A stretch of 45,240 nucleotides of DNA from a virus (lineage: Duplodnaviria > Caudoviricetes): the IMG/VR virus record IMGVR_UViG_3300044836_000011, positions 1 to 45,240 of that record; one strand, written 5' to 3'. Under the pieces are notes generated by a model, which saw nothing but the letters and a program-made list of their open reading frames with translations, was not told the DNA's origin and made no database searches. A program made the translations under genes and the position numbers. Positions 1-9,119 of this stretch are shown here, in pieces (within the stretch, counting starts at the first letter, position 1; every line of letters begins with the position of its first letter).

Positions 1-47
1 CCGGCGACGCGGCCTGCCCGGACAGCGACGGAAGAAGTGGTGACCGG

Positions 48-401
48 GTGAAGCCTCTCGTCTACATCGCCGGGCCGTACAGCCATCCGGACCCTGTGCT
101 GAACACGCGCCGAGCCGTGAACCTGGCCGAGCGTGTGGAGGCCAGCGGCGCGGTAGCTGTCGTCCCGCACCTGACGATGCTGTGGCATCTCGTCAGCCCG
201 CATCCGATCGAGTTCTGGTATGACCACGACCTCGCGATGCTGGCCCACTGTCACGCGCTCATCCGGTTCGGCGGCGCGTCCGTAGGTGCGGACCGTGAAG
301 TCGAGTTCGCCGACCGGCATGCCATCCCGGTTTTCGCCGAAGACGACCCGCTCGGCTTCTGGCCACAGTTTCTTGAGTGGGAAAACCAGTGGCGACCATG
401 A
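48..401 (+). CDS. DUF4406-like / nucleoside deoxyribosyltransferase-fold protein
   Basis: VYIAGPYS...P H...DLAMLAHCHALIRFGGASVGADREVEFA pattern; stop overlaps the next start (ATGA). Confidence 0.7.
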   Translation: MKPLVYIAGPYSHPDPVLNTRRAVNLAERVEASGAVAVVPHLTMLWHLVSPHPIEFWYDHDLAMLAHCHALIRFGGASVGADREVEFADRHAIPVFAEDDPLGFWPQFLEWENQWRP

Positions 402-1243
402 AGCCGCCGTTCGCCTACTACGGCGGGAAGACGACGCTCGCGGAGCGGATCGTCGCGTTGCTGCCCGACCATCGGCATTACGTGGAGCCGTTCGCCGGCA
501 GCCTCGCGGTGCTGCTCGCGAAGCCGCCGGCGCTGTTCGAGACGGTCAACGACCTCGACCACCGGCTGATGACGTTCTGGCGGGTGCTGCGCGAACGCCC
601 CGAGGACCTCATGCGCGCCTGCTCGCTGACACCCCACAGTCGCGCCGAACATCAAGCCGCCTACGCGCTCGACGACGGCGTAGACGATCTGGAAGTCGCA
701 CGCCGCGTGTGGGTCTGCCTCACGCAAGGGCGCGGCGGCACACTGCGGCGCACCGGGTGGCGCTACTTCGAGCAACCCGGCTCAACCTCGATGACGGACT
801 ATCTGAGCACCTACGTCGCCCGCATGGCTTCGATCGTTGATCGGTTGCACCACGTCAGCCTCGAATGCCGGCCGGCGCTCGACGTCATCCGCGCCTACGG
901 TGACCACGCCGAAGTCCTGATCTACTGCGACCCGCCGTACCTCGGCACGACCCGCGCGTCAAGGCAGTACGGCGTCGAGATGAGCGCCGACGCAGAGCAC
1001 CGCGCGTTCGCCGAGGTTCTGCACGAGTGCGCGGCGGCTGTCGTCCTGTCCGGCTATCCGAGCGCCCTCTACGACGACCTGTACGGCAGCTGGCACCGGC
1101 AGGAAATCGCGGCGTTCACCGGACAGGCCGGGACCAACGGGAGGCGCATCGAGGTCCTGTGGTGCAACCGGCCGTGGCCCGTCACCGCCGAGGCGCTGTT
1201 CGACCTGACCGACTCCGCTACCGCCGAGGAGGCGACCGGCTGA
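398..1243 (+). CDS. dam: DNA adenine methyltransferase (Dam/D12 class)
   Basis: PFAYYGGK, YVEPFAGS, NDLD and catalytic DPPY motifs; ATG at 398 coupled to the upstream stop. Confidence 0.92.
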   Translation: MKPPFAYYGGKTTLAERIVALLPDHRHYVEPFAGSLAVLLAKPPALFETVNDLDHRLMTFWRVLRERPEDLMRACSLTPHSRAEHQAAYALDDGVDDLEVARRVWVCLTQGRGGTLRRTGWRYFEQPGSTSMTDYLSTYVARMASIVDRLHHVSLECRPALDVIRAYGDHAEVLIYCDPPYLGTTRASRQYGVEMSADAEHRAFAEVLHECAAAVVLSGYPSALYDDLYGSWHRQEIAAFTGQAGTNGRRIEVLWCNRPWPVTAEALFDLTDSATAEEATG

Positions 1244-1444
1244 TGCCGACGACTGTGTGTCGTAAACCCGCGAAACCGTTGCGTCGCGGGAGAATTACGG
1301 GGTGCGCCGACAAGGCGCCGCCCCGACACGGACTGGCATCCGGCCGGGGCGACTTCCAAGCCTGTAGAGGAGGCCTGGCGTGAGCCATAGTGTCGCAACC
1401 CCGAAGCCCACTGTCACGGAACCTCGCCGTAAGGCGGTGGCGTG

Positions 1445-1846
1445 ATGCCGTTCCGCGAAGAGGTCAACTACATCGCCGTCGATGACGAGATGCCCGAGCA
1501 TCCGAAGATCGAGCCGCTGTCCGATGCGGCGTTCCGCTTGCTGGTCACGACGTGGTGCTACTGCTCACGCCGCCACAACGACGGGATCATGGAAGAAGGC
1601 GTCTGGAAGAAGCGCGGCACCGCAAGAACCCGTACCGAACTGGAGAAGTCCGGCATGGTCAAGAAGCTGCCGGACGGCCGGTACGAGGCGCACGACTACC
1701 TCGACATGCAACGTAGCGCCATCGAGATTGCGGACCTCAAGTCGAAGAAGTCAGCAGCCGGGAAGATCGGTAACCACCGTCGCCACCATGTCGCCCGCGG
1801 GGTCGTCGCACCCGACTGCGACTACTGCCTAAGGGGTGTCGCATGA
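1445..1846 (+). CDS. Phage replication initiator-like protein (N-terminal DNA-binding domain only)
   Basis: YIAVDDEMPEHPKI...SDAAFRL...WCYCSR...DG...HDYLDMQRS resembles N-termini of actinophage RepA-like proteins; followed directly by an iteron array. Confidence 0.65.
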   Translation: MPFREEVNYIAVDDEMPEHPKIEPLSDAAFRLLVTTWCYCSRRHNDGIMEEGVWKKRGTARTRTELEKSGMVKKLPDGRYEAHDYLDMQRSAIEIADLKSKKSAAGKIGNHRRHHVARGVVAPDCDYCLRGVA

Positions 1847-2035
1847 GCCTCGCACCTACGTCGCACCTGCGATCGCATCAGCGACACCATGTGCGATCGC
1901 AAACCGCCTCGCAAAACCGTCGCAGAACGCTCGCAAAACTGTCGCTATCAAGATCAGGATCAAGATCTAAAACCCTTACCAAGCACTTGGATCATTCTCG
2001 TAACGTAAGTCAACGCGCGAACAGCCTGTGGACAA
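1806..2035. promoter_or_regulatory. Putative replication origin: phased TCGCA iterons, GATC cluster, DnaA box
   Basis: TCGCA at 1806, 1839, 1850, 1861, 1873, 1897, 1909, 1920, 1931; AT-richer tract 1945-2015; TGTGGACAA (TTGTCCACA on minus strand) at 2027-2035. Confidence 0.65.
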
Positions 2036-2043
2036 CCCGATGA
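1843..2043 (+). CDS. Low-complexity ORF overlying the iterons (possible detached initiator linker)
   Basis: ATGA-coupled at both ends; SH/SQ/RS repeats are encoded by the iterons. Confidence 0.4.
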   Translation: MSLAPTSHLRSHQRHHVRSQTASQNRRRTLAKLSLSRSGSRSKTLTKHLDHSRNVSQRANSLWTTR

Positions 2044-2300
2044 ACGCCAGGCAGCGGAAGCGGCAAGCGGTTGTCGTCGCTGCGCTCCGACCAGCCCTCG
2101 ACGACGCGTTCCCCGCCAACGGACCGTGCGGCGTCTGCGGCGACACGACGCTCGGCCAACGGCATCGCCGCATCGACGTCATCGCCGAACGCATCCGAGC
2201 CGGCGAACCGTGGGAATCCGTCATCGCCGACTACGACTGGTACCGCGAGGGGTACACCGCCGAGCACGCCATCCTCGCCCTCGCGGTCACCTCGTGCTGA
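2040..2300 (+). CDS. Hypothetical protein with CxxC and DUF433-like helix motif
   Basis: ATGA coupling; IDVIAERIRAGEPWESVIADY. Confidence 0.5.
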   Translation: MNARQRKRQAVVVAALRPALDDAFPANGPCGVCGDTTLGQRHRRIDVIAERIRAGEPWESVIADYDWYREGYTAEHAILALAVTSC

Positions 2301-2328
2301 CCCCCCGAGCCGAAGGATCTACGCCGTG

Positions 2329-2667
2329 ATGCTGAGCGATGACAAAGTCGAGCTGTACGCCATCCGGGACGTGCTCGACGCGAACCAGACGGTCTGCGAT
2401 GGGCTCAACGCGATTGAGCGTCACATCCTGGCGGACCAGTTGGCCGAGGCGGTCGTCTGCGCCATCGACAGGGCGGGTCAAGCTACTCGCCGGTTGGTCT
2501 TCGACAGCGAAGCGAACCCGCACTGTTCGTGGTGCGGCGGGATGGGTTGCAACGACGGCACCGAGCCGCTCATGTCGTCGCTACACCCGCAGTACGGCTT
2601 CATGTGCACCTGCACGGGGCCGCGCAATGTCCGCATCGCTCCGACCAGCCCGGCGGTGGCGCAGTGA
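2329..2667 (+). CDS. Hypothetical protein, C-terminal Cys cluster
   Basis: GAAGGA RBS; CSWCGGMGC...CTC; TGATG coupling downstream. Confidence 0.55.
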   Translation: MLSDDKVELYAIRDVLDANQTVCDGLNAIERHILADQLAEAVVCAIDRAGQATRRLVFDSEANPHCSWCGGMGCNDGTEPLMSSLHPQYGFMCTCTGPRNVRIAPTSPAVAQ

Positions 2668-3050
2668 TGACCCCACGTGCCGTCACCGCGCTCGTCGACC
2701 TGACCCACGCCCTACGCGCCGACTGGCAGCCCGCCGGCATCCGCGCCGCCATCCGCACGTGCGACCACGGCGACCCGCACGCCGTCGCCCAAGCGTTGCT
2801 GCGACGGGCCGCGAACCCCGCCAACCGGACACCGCAACTGCAAGCCGCGGACTTCGACGACACGCCTGCCACACGACGGACCTGTGCCCGCGGCGGGTGC
2901 TACCCGCACGGCCTCTGCGCGGGCTGCGCCGTCGAGCGCGGCGTCCTGCGCGACCCGGCGACCTGCGAAGCGCCACCACCGTTCGTCATCGTCCGCAAGC
3001 CCTACGACCTCGCCAGCCCCTACGGCCATCTCGTCGAGAGCACATCGTGA
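2667..3050 (+). CDS. Conserved-type actinophage hypothetical protein (replication region)
   Basis: Coupled start; LRADWQPAGIRAAI...ANPANRTP; Cys-rich C-terminus. Confidence 0.6.
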   Translation: MTPRAVTALVDLTHALRADWQPAGIRAAIRTCDHGDPHAVAQALLRRAANPANRTPQLQAADFDDTPATRRTCARGGCYPHGLCAGCAVERGVLRDPATCEAPPPFVIVRKPYDLASPYGHLVESTS

Positions 3051-3367
3051 CCCCACCCGAATCGCTCATCGCGGCGTGCGACCGCATCTGTGGCGTCACC
3101 AGCGACTACCACAAGGACCGTTGCCCGCTCTACCGGGCCAACTGCGAGGCGATTGGAGCGTCGATGAACCTCGTCACTCTCAACCCTGACCGCCGGCCCA
3201 TTCAGGCCGTCTCCGCCGATGACTCGCTGGTTCGTTCGGTCACGGCCTACGCCGCCCGCATGAGGGCGGAGGCAACACGGCTGCGTGACCTAGCGGACAA
3301 GTACGACGCGCTTGCGGACAACAGCGACCCCGTGGCTGTGGTGGTCATCGCAGACGGAGACACCTGA
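3047..3367 (+). CDS. Hypothetical protein
   Basis: GTGA coupling; coiled-coil-like C-terminus. Confidence 0.55.
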   Translation: MTPPESLIAACDRICGVTSDYHKDRCPLYRANCEAIGASMNLVTLNPDRRPIQAVSADDSLVRSVTAYAARMRAEATRLRDLADKYDALADNSDPVAVVVIADGDT

Positions 3368-3396
3368 TGTGCCGCAGACGGAGACACCTGATGTGC
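3349..3396 (+). repeat. Perfect 24-bp tandem duplication
   Basis: CGCAGACGGAGACACCTGATGTGC at 3349 and 3373. Confidence 0.95.
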
Positions 3397-3459
3397 CCAC
3401 GCGAGACGACCGGCGCATGTGAGGCCGCAACCCAGACGGCTCAACGCGAGGGGGGACCG

Positions 3460-3588
3460 ATGAGCGAGCGCCCCCTCGGAGTTGGTCGCTGGGCACTCGT
3501 CGGCGTCGTGGTGTTGTTCGTCGCGACGTGGGCACTCGCCGTGCTGCTACTCGTTGGCCGGCTCGTTTATGGCGTGGTGATCCGGTGA
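3460..3588 (+). CDS. Small membrane protein
   Basis: GAGGGGGG RBS; long hydrophobic stretch; coupled to the next gene. Confidence 0.55.
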   Translation: MSERPLGVGRWALVGVVVLFVATWALAVLLLVGRLVYGVVIR

Positions 3589-4370
3589 ACGCGGCTGAGC
3601 AGGCGTGCAGCGCCGTCCGCGAGTTGCGCGACGCGGTCGGATGGCTCGCCGCGACGCTCATGCCGGGCACGCACAAGCCGTACCGGGCGCCCACGATCAG
3701 CCCGGAACAGCGCGCGCAGCGGGACCGGGAAGCCCGGCTCGAACGGTTCGAACGGGTCGGTACCGGGGCGGCGGAACTCCGGGCGCCGCTGGACTTGGAC
3801 GTCGCGGACCTGCTCGTGGAGACGCTCGCGACGGTCGACGAGTTGTGCGACCGGGCGTGCCGCGCCGCTGAGGTGACGCCGCCGCCGGCCGCGTCGTCGG
3901 CGTTCGCCGACCCCGGCCCGTACCTCGAGACGCTGCTCCGTACCCTGCCCGCCGCGGTCGCCGTGGACGTGACGCTCGCCGTCGACGTGGAGCATCGCTG
4001 CGACGCGCTCGTCTACCGGACGCACGCCGTGCTCGGGCTCCTCGGCGACGGTCAGGTGATCGGGGTGTGCCCGTGGTGCGGCGGCAGGACCGCAGCGACG
4101 CCGATCGGTGGAGCAAAGACGCTACGGGTCCGCGCGCAGTTGCCCGCTGGCAAGCGCAGCATCGCCGGTGTCGACCCGGCCGACATCGAGTGGTGGGTCG
4201 TCTGCGAAGGGCTTTGCGAACCGTCCACCGAGGAGTGCGGGAACCGGCTGCGCGGCCGTCCCGCCTGGTCGCTACGCACCGAAGCCGCATGGCTCGCCGG
4301 GCGGCTCGAACACGCCGCCGAGTTGGAACAGCATGTCGCCGCGATCATCAACGAAAGGACCGCGTCATGA
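3585..4370 (+). CDS. Zn-ribbon protein, candidate late-transcription regulator
   Basis: CPWC...CEGLC motif; position upstream of the packaging genes; function inferred from position. Confidence 0.55.
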   Translation: MNAAEQACSAVRELRDAVGWLAATLMPGTHKPYRAPTISPEQRAQRDREARLERFERVGTGAAELRAPLDLDVADLLVETLATVDELCDRACRAAEVTPPPAASSAFADPGPYLETLLRTLPAAVAVDVTLAVDVEHRCDALVYRTHAVLGLLGDGQVIGVCPWCGGRTAATPIGGAKTLRVRAQLPAGKRSIAGVDPADIEWWVVCEGLCEPSTEECGNRLRGRPAWSLRTEAAWLAGRLEHAAELEQHVAAIINERTAS

Positions 4371-4585
4371 CCAAGCCGAACGCCGCCCAGCGGATTGCCG
4401 CTGACCGAGAACGATCGCGCCTGGCCCCCGCCAACCGTTGGGATGTGGTGGCCCTCGTCATCGCCTTCGTCACGGCTGGCATCTTCGCCGCATGCTGGGT
4501 CGGTGGACTGTCAGGTTTCGTCGGCTGGTGCATAGGCGCGACGGACATCCTGTGCGTCGGTACAGCGTGGAAAGTGCTCCGATGA
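4367..4585 (+). CDS. Membrane protein (2 TM)
   Basis: GAAAGGA RBS, ATGA coupling, two hydrophobic segments. Confidence 0.65.
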   Translation: MTKPNAAQRIAADRERSRLAPANRWDVVALVIAFVTAGIFAACWVGGLSGFVGWCIGATDILCVGTAWKVLR

Positions 4586-4875
4586 CCACGCCCGCAGACC
4601 GCGAGATCGTCCACATCGCTGGGCTCGACGTCATCGTTGGCACGCAACTGCGGCAGCGGTGCGCGTGGTGCGGCGCGGTCATCGACGACACAGACCTCTC
4701 CGGCATCCAAGTCGCGCTGCAACCCGGCGAGACGGAAGCCGCCCCCTACCCGTCGTGGCCGGTCGGCGCGCTCATCGGCCGGATAGACGGCGCGACCTAC
4801 GTCATCAAGCACGAGAAGGGCGCGGCGCTGCCGGATGGCTGCTGCGCGAAGCTGGACCCTGCGGTGACCGTATGA
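4582..4875 (+). CDS. Hypothetical protein (CAWC motif)
   Basis: ATGA coupling on both sides. Confidence 0.6.
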   Translation: MTTPADREIVHIAGLDVIVGTQLRQRCAWCGAVIDDTDLSGIQVALQPGETEAAPYPSWPVGALIGRIDGATYVIKHEKGAALPDGCCAKLDPAVTV

Positions 4876-5048
4876 GCGACACTGGAGCGGTGAGCGAGAC
4901 GTGCGCGACCACGAAGCTCAGTCGTGCCGAGCTAGTCGCATTGGCCGAGTACCTCGCCTACGGTGGACGCGACGCGTACCTACGGCTCACATGCCAGATG
5001 ACCGTCGCCGCTCCGCCCCGCTCAATCATCCGGGACACCCCACGGTGA
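4872..5048 (+). CDS. Small hypothetical protein
   Basis: Fills the gap with 4-bp overlaps at both ends. Confidence 0.4.
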   Translation: MSDTGAVSETCATTKLSRAELVALAEYLAYGGRDAYLRLTCQMTVAAPPRSIIRDTPR

Positions 5049-5233
5049 GCCCGACCGTGCGCGACACTCTCGCGCGGGTCGCCGCGATCTACACCGACGC
5101 CCCGCGCACCGGCCAGCATCCCGTCGACGAAGTCGCCCGCAAGCTCGGCATCAGCTACGAGGCGGCGAAGCAGCGCATTCGGCGGACGCGACTCGCCGGA
5201 CTCCTCACCGCCGAGGTGTTTGACTTTCGGTAA
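5045..5233 (+). CDS. Small helix-turn-helix DNA-binding protein
   Basis: PVDEVARKLGISYEAAKQRIRRTRLAGLL. Confidence 0.7.
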   Translation: MSPTVRDTLARVAAIYTDAPRTGQHPVDEVARKLGISYEAAKQRIRRTRLAGLLTAEVFDFR

Positions 5234-5273
5234 CTGAGCGTGGTGACATGAATCCGAGCACAACTCTGCCCAC

Positions 5274-5297
5274 AACCCGGTCCGAGCGGCCGGGTTT
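5274..5297 (+). promoter_or_regulatory. Stem-loop upstream of the terminase small subunit gene
   Basis: AACCCGGTC...GGCCGGGTT inverted repeat followed by a short T run. Confidence 0.45.
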
Positions 5298-5322
5298 CGT
5301 CATTCCCGGGAGGTGGCTCGCC

Positions 5323-5865
5323 ATGCCCGGTGCACCCAACGGCGCCGTCTTCCGCGAGACGATCGACACGGTCGAACGGCACGCCCGATGGGCGACGCTC
5401 GAAGCGCAAGGCTGGACCCGCGCGCGCATCGCCGCAACCGAAGGCGTCGCCAGATCAACCGTGAAACGTGGCATCGAAGACCTCCTCGCCGCCGTCAAAG
5501 TCGCCGCCGCCGACGAGCTGCGCGCCCACTCCCGGGAACGGCTACGGCTCATCCTCGAACGGCTCTTCGACGAACTCGACAAGCCGCATCCCCTCGTCCG
5601 CGACGGCCAGCGGTACGACGACCTGACCGACATCGGCTCCGTCGTCGCGTTACTGCGGGAAGTCCGCGCCACCGACGAGTCGCTACGCAAGCTCGACGGT
5701 CTGGACGCGCCGACCCGCCGCATCGTCGAAGTCATCGGTGAGGACGCGGTCGACCGGGCTATCGCCGCGCTTGAAGCCGAGATGGCGGAACGGGAGGCTG
5801 CTGATGCCACCCGCGACGGACCTGGTAGTCGAAGCGCCGTTGGAGAAGCTGCGCCGGCTCCGTGA
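5323..5865 (+). CDS. terS: Terminase small subunit
   Basis: GGAGG RBS; N-terminal HTH (GWTRARIAATEGVARSTV), KLDGLDAP motif; overlaps terL. Confidence 0.78.
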   Translation: MPGAPNGAVFRETIDTVERHARWATLEAQGWTRARIAATEGVARSTVKRGIEDLLAAVKVAAADELRAHSRERLRLILERLFDELDKPHPLVRDGQRYDDLTDIGSVVALLREVRATDESLRKLDGLDAPTRRIVEVIGEDAVDRAIAALEAEMAEREAADATRDGPGSRSAVGEAAPAP

Positions 5866-7357
5866 GCTGCGAGGCCGCGCACGCGGCACCTGTGCGGACT
5901 ACCTGCATGACCCGGTCGGCTGGACCGAGGCGTTCGTCGACTGGCGCGGATCGACGCTCGCCGCCTACCAGGCTGAACTGCTCGCTGCGCTCCCGACCCG
6001 GCAGCGGGTAGCGGCCCGCGGTCCGCACGGGCTCGGGAAAACCACCACGAACGCGCTAGCAGTCCTGTGGTTCGCGACGACCCGCGAAGCGGCCGACATC
6101 GACTGGAAAGCCGTCACGACCGCCGGCGGCTGGCGGCAGTTGGAGAAATACCTGTGGCCCGAAATCCACAAATGGGTACGGCGGCTGCGGTGGGACCGGC
6201 TCGGCGTCGAACCGTGGCGGGAAGGCCGCGAACTGCTCGACCTGTCGCTGCGCCTGTCCTGCGGTGAAGCGTTCGCGGTCGCATCGAACAACCCGGAGCT
6301 GATCGAAGGGGCGCACGCCGACCACGTCCTGTACGTGTTCGACGAGTCGAAGGCGATCGTGCCGGGTGTGTGGGACGCCGCCGAAGGCGCGTTCTCCGGG
6401 GCGACAGAGGGCCGGGAAGCGTATGCGCTCGCCCAGTCGACACCGGGTGAGCCCGCCGGCCGGTTCTACGACATCCACGCCCGTAAGCCGGGGTTGGAAG
6501 ACTGGTGGGCACGGCACGTCACGTTGGACGAGGCGGTCGCCGCCGGCCGGGTGTCCCGGCAGTGGGCGGAACGCCGTCGCCGCCAGTGGGGCGTCGACTC
6601 GGCGGTGTACGCCAACCGGGTGTGCGGCGAGTTCCACTCCTCCGACGAGGACGCTGTCATTCCGCTCGCATGGGTGGAAGCCGCGAACGAACGGTGGCGG
6701 GTGTGGAAGGACCTCGCCTCGCCGGAACGGCACGGTCGGCGCGTCATCGGCGTCGATGTCGCCCGGACCGGTGAGGACTTGACGGCATTGGCGATCCGTG
6801 AAGGTGACGTGGTCCGGGAACTGCGGACATTCGCGAAGCAGATGACGATGGCGACGGCCGGGAAAGTCGGCGGCTTGCTCGCCGACGACACCTCCACGGC
6901 GGTCGCGGTCGTCGACACGGATGGGCTCGGCGCCGGCGTCACCGACCGGCTGCGTGAGCAGGGATACCGGGTGGTCGCGTTCCATGCGGGCGCGAAGACG
7001 GACCGTAAGGACCGTTCGGGTGAACTCGGGTTCGTCAACGTCCGGTCAGCGGCCTGGTGGAACCTGCGGGAAATGCTCGACCCGGCTTACGGCGAGCAGA
7101 TCGCGTTACCTGACGACGCGCAGTTGATCGGCGACTTGACCGCGCCGCATTGGGATGTGCTGTCCGGGTCGAAGATCGCGGTCGAGTCGCGGGACTCGCT
7201 GGTGCAGCGTCTCGGCCGGTCCCCTGACCGTGGTACGGCGGTCATGCAAGCGTTCTGGACCGCGTCGATGGTGGGGGCGTCACCCGGCGGCACGGTCGTC
7301 GCCTATGACGGCATGGACAGCCTCAACGACGGACCCTACGAGCAGGCGAGGTGGTGA
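5804..7357 (+). CDS. terL: Terminase large subunit
   Basis: Walker A GPHGLGKT, Walker B YVFDES, STP coupling motif, nuclease GVDVARTGED and SPDRG. Confidence 0.95.
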   Translation: MPPATDLVVEAPLEKLRRLRELRGRARGTCADYLHDPVGWTEAFVDWRGSTLAAYQAELLAALPTRQRVAARGPHGLGKTTTNALAVLWFATTREAADIDWKAVTTAGGWRQLEKYLWPEIHKWVRRLRWDRLGVEPWREGRELLDLSLRLSCGEAFAVASNNPELIEGAHADHVLYVFDESKAIVPGVWDAAEGAFSGATEGREAYALAQSTPGEPAGRFYDIHARKPGLEDWWARHVTLDEAVAAGRVSRQWAERRRRQWGVDSAVYANRVCGEFHSSDEDAVIPLAWVEAANERWRVWKDLASPERHGRRVIGVDVARTGEDLTALAIREGDVVRELRTFAKQMTMATAGKVGGLLADDTSTAVAVVDTDGLGAGVTDRLREQGYRVVAFHAGAKTDRKDRSGELGFVNVRSAAWWNLREMLDPAYGEQIALPDDAQLIGDLTAPHWDVLSGSKIAVESRDSLVQRLGRSPDRGTAVMQAFWTASMVGASPGGTVVAYDGMDSLNDGPYEQARW

Positions 7358-8766
7358 CCGACGTGACCACCTCGCCCTCCGATATCGATGTCGCCGCGAT
7401 CGAGGCTTACGCCCGCGCCACCGCTGAACTCGGGTCGGAACTGTCGGCGTCCGCCCGTTACGCCGGGCTCGGGTTCGACCCGGACACCGGCGACCTTGTC
7501 GACTGGTCCGGTGAATGGCGAGCCCGCGACATCGAAGACATGCTCGACCGGGACGGCTTCGCCCGCGCCGGTGAGCAAGCGTTGACCCTGCCGCTGCGGG
7601 GGGCGCCGCTGACCGTGAAGCCGGGTGACGGCGACCACGGTGAAGCGGAACTCGTCAACGACACGCTCGCGAACCTCGCGGACCCGGTCGAGGACACGAT
7701 CGGGCAGGCCGCGCAAGCGCAGATCTACCGGATGACGTTCCTGGAGAAACTGTGGACGGTCCGCGACGGCCGGTTCACCTACGACGCGTTGGCGTGGCGC
7801 CCACCGGACTCGTGCGCGCCGCTGCGCGACCCGGCGTCAGGCCGGCTGACCGGGTTCAAACAGTCGATGACGTGGTGGGGTGGCCGCACCGCACCCGGCG
7901 GCAAACGCCCGTCGTGGGTGACGATCCCGACCGCGAAAGCGTGCGTGTTCACCCACGGCAAAGCTCGCAACCCGATCCGGGGTGTGTCGGAGTTGCAGGC
8001 GGCGTACCGCTGCTACCAGGACAAGCAGAAAATCCGGTTCCTGTGGATGACGTTCCTCAAAGGTGCGTCGATTCAACGGCTGGTCGCGGAGACGCAAGCC
8101 GGGCATGAGGCGGACGTCGCCGGCCAGTTGGCGAAGCTCGCGACGGGTGGGGTCGCGGCGATCTCGAACGTCACCGCCCTGCACATTCTGAACGCGACGG
8201 ACTCGGGAGCCTTCTTCAAAGAAGCGCTCGCCTACCTGGACAACGAGATGCTGTCCTCGATTCTCGCCGGGTTCCTCGGCCTGACGGGGGCGGCGACGGC
8301 GGGCCGCGGGTCGTTCGCGCTGTCAAAAGACCAGTCGGATTTTTTCACGCAGGCGTTGGACGGAACCGCCCGGGAGATCGCCGCCGATCTGCGCGCGCAG
8401 GTTGTCCGGCCGCTCGTCGTCGTGAACTTCGGTCCGGCGGCGGTCGTCCCGAAGGTGACGTTGGGGCCGATCGCACGGGCGACCGCGCAGGAACAGATGG
8501 ACTTCCTCAAAGGCCTCGCGGCCGGGCCGACCGGGGTGCAGCCGCCGCGGGAGTTCGTCGACGAACTGGTTGTGCAGATCGCCGGCTACCTCGATTTGGA
8601 CGTCGACAAGGTCGCGGCAGCAGTGAAAGCCGCGGCGGAGAGCGCGGCGGCGACGTTGCCCGCGGACGGGGTGACGACACCGGCGGCAGCAGCGACGTCG
8701 GGCGCGTTGGGTGCGGGCGCGGACATCGTGCAGCAAGCCCTCGCCGGACTGGCACCGGCCGCGTGA
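7351..8766 (+). CDS. Portal protein (Mu gp29/DUF935-like)
   Basis: Follows terL; 471 aa; NPIRGVSEL, YLDNEMLSSILAGFL, GSFALSKDQ motifs. Confidence 0.85.
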   Translation: MVTDVTTSPSDIDVAAIEAYARATAELGSELSASARYAGLGFDPDTGDLVDWSGEWRARDIEDMLDRDGFARAGEQALTLPLRGAPLTVKPGDGDHGEAELVNDTLANLADPVEDTIGQAAQAQIYRMTFLEKLWTVRDGRFTYDALAWRPPDSCAPLRDPASGRLTGFKQSMTWWGGRTAPGGKRPSWVTIPTAKACVFTHGKARNPIRGVSELQAAYRCYQDKQKIRFLWMTFLKGASIQRLVAETQAGHEADVAGQLAKLATGGVAAISNVTALHILNATDSGAFFKEALAYLDNEMLSSILAGFLGLTGAATAGRGSFALSKDQSDFFTQALDGTAREIAADLRAQVVRPLVVVNFGPAAVVPKVTLGPIARATAQEQMDFLKGLAAGPTGVQPPREFVDELVVQIAGYLDLDVDKVAAAVKAAAESAAATLPADGVTTPAAAATSGALGAGADIVQQALAGLAPAA

Positions 8767-8873
8767 CGGTCCGACGACGGTGACGCAGCGGCATCGGTGC
8801 CCGCACGACCAAGGCCGGGACCGCCGACGCTACAAGCAGCAGCCACGGTCAACGAGCGAACGGAGACGGCGGG

Positions 8874-9119
8874 ATGAGCGCTCAGCCGCAGCAGCAGGTC
8901 GGGCCGCAGCCGGTCCCGCAGTCCATCACGGTCGGCGAGTTGAAAGGCGGCGGGCAAGTGTTCGTCGTCGTCACGATCGACGGGCCGACCGGCTCCTACG
9001 TGTCGTTCCTCGACCCCGACTTGGCCGGGCAGTTGGCCGCACGGATCGCGGACGTCGCGATGCACGCGAAGACGGGGCTCGTCATCGCCAGCGGCCTCGA
9101 AGAGCTCAGCGGGCAGTGA
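8874..9119 (+). CDS. Hypothetical protein
   Basis: GGAG RBS; coupled to the next gene. Confidence 0.6.
   Translation: MSAQPQQQVGPQPVPQSITVGELKGGGQVFVVVTIDGPTGSYVSFLDPDLAGQLAARIADVAMHAKTGLVIASGLEELSGQ

Noticed and set aside
398-1243. Restriction-modification system
   Set aside because: No adjacent restriction endonuclease; orphan methylases are common in phages
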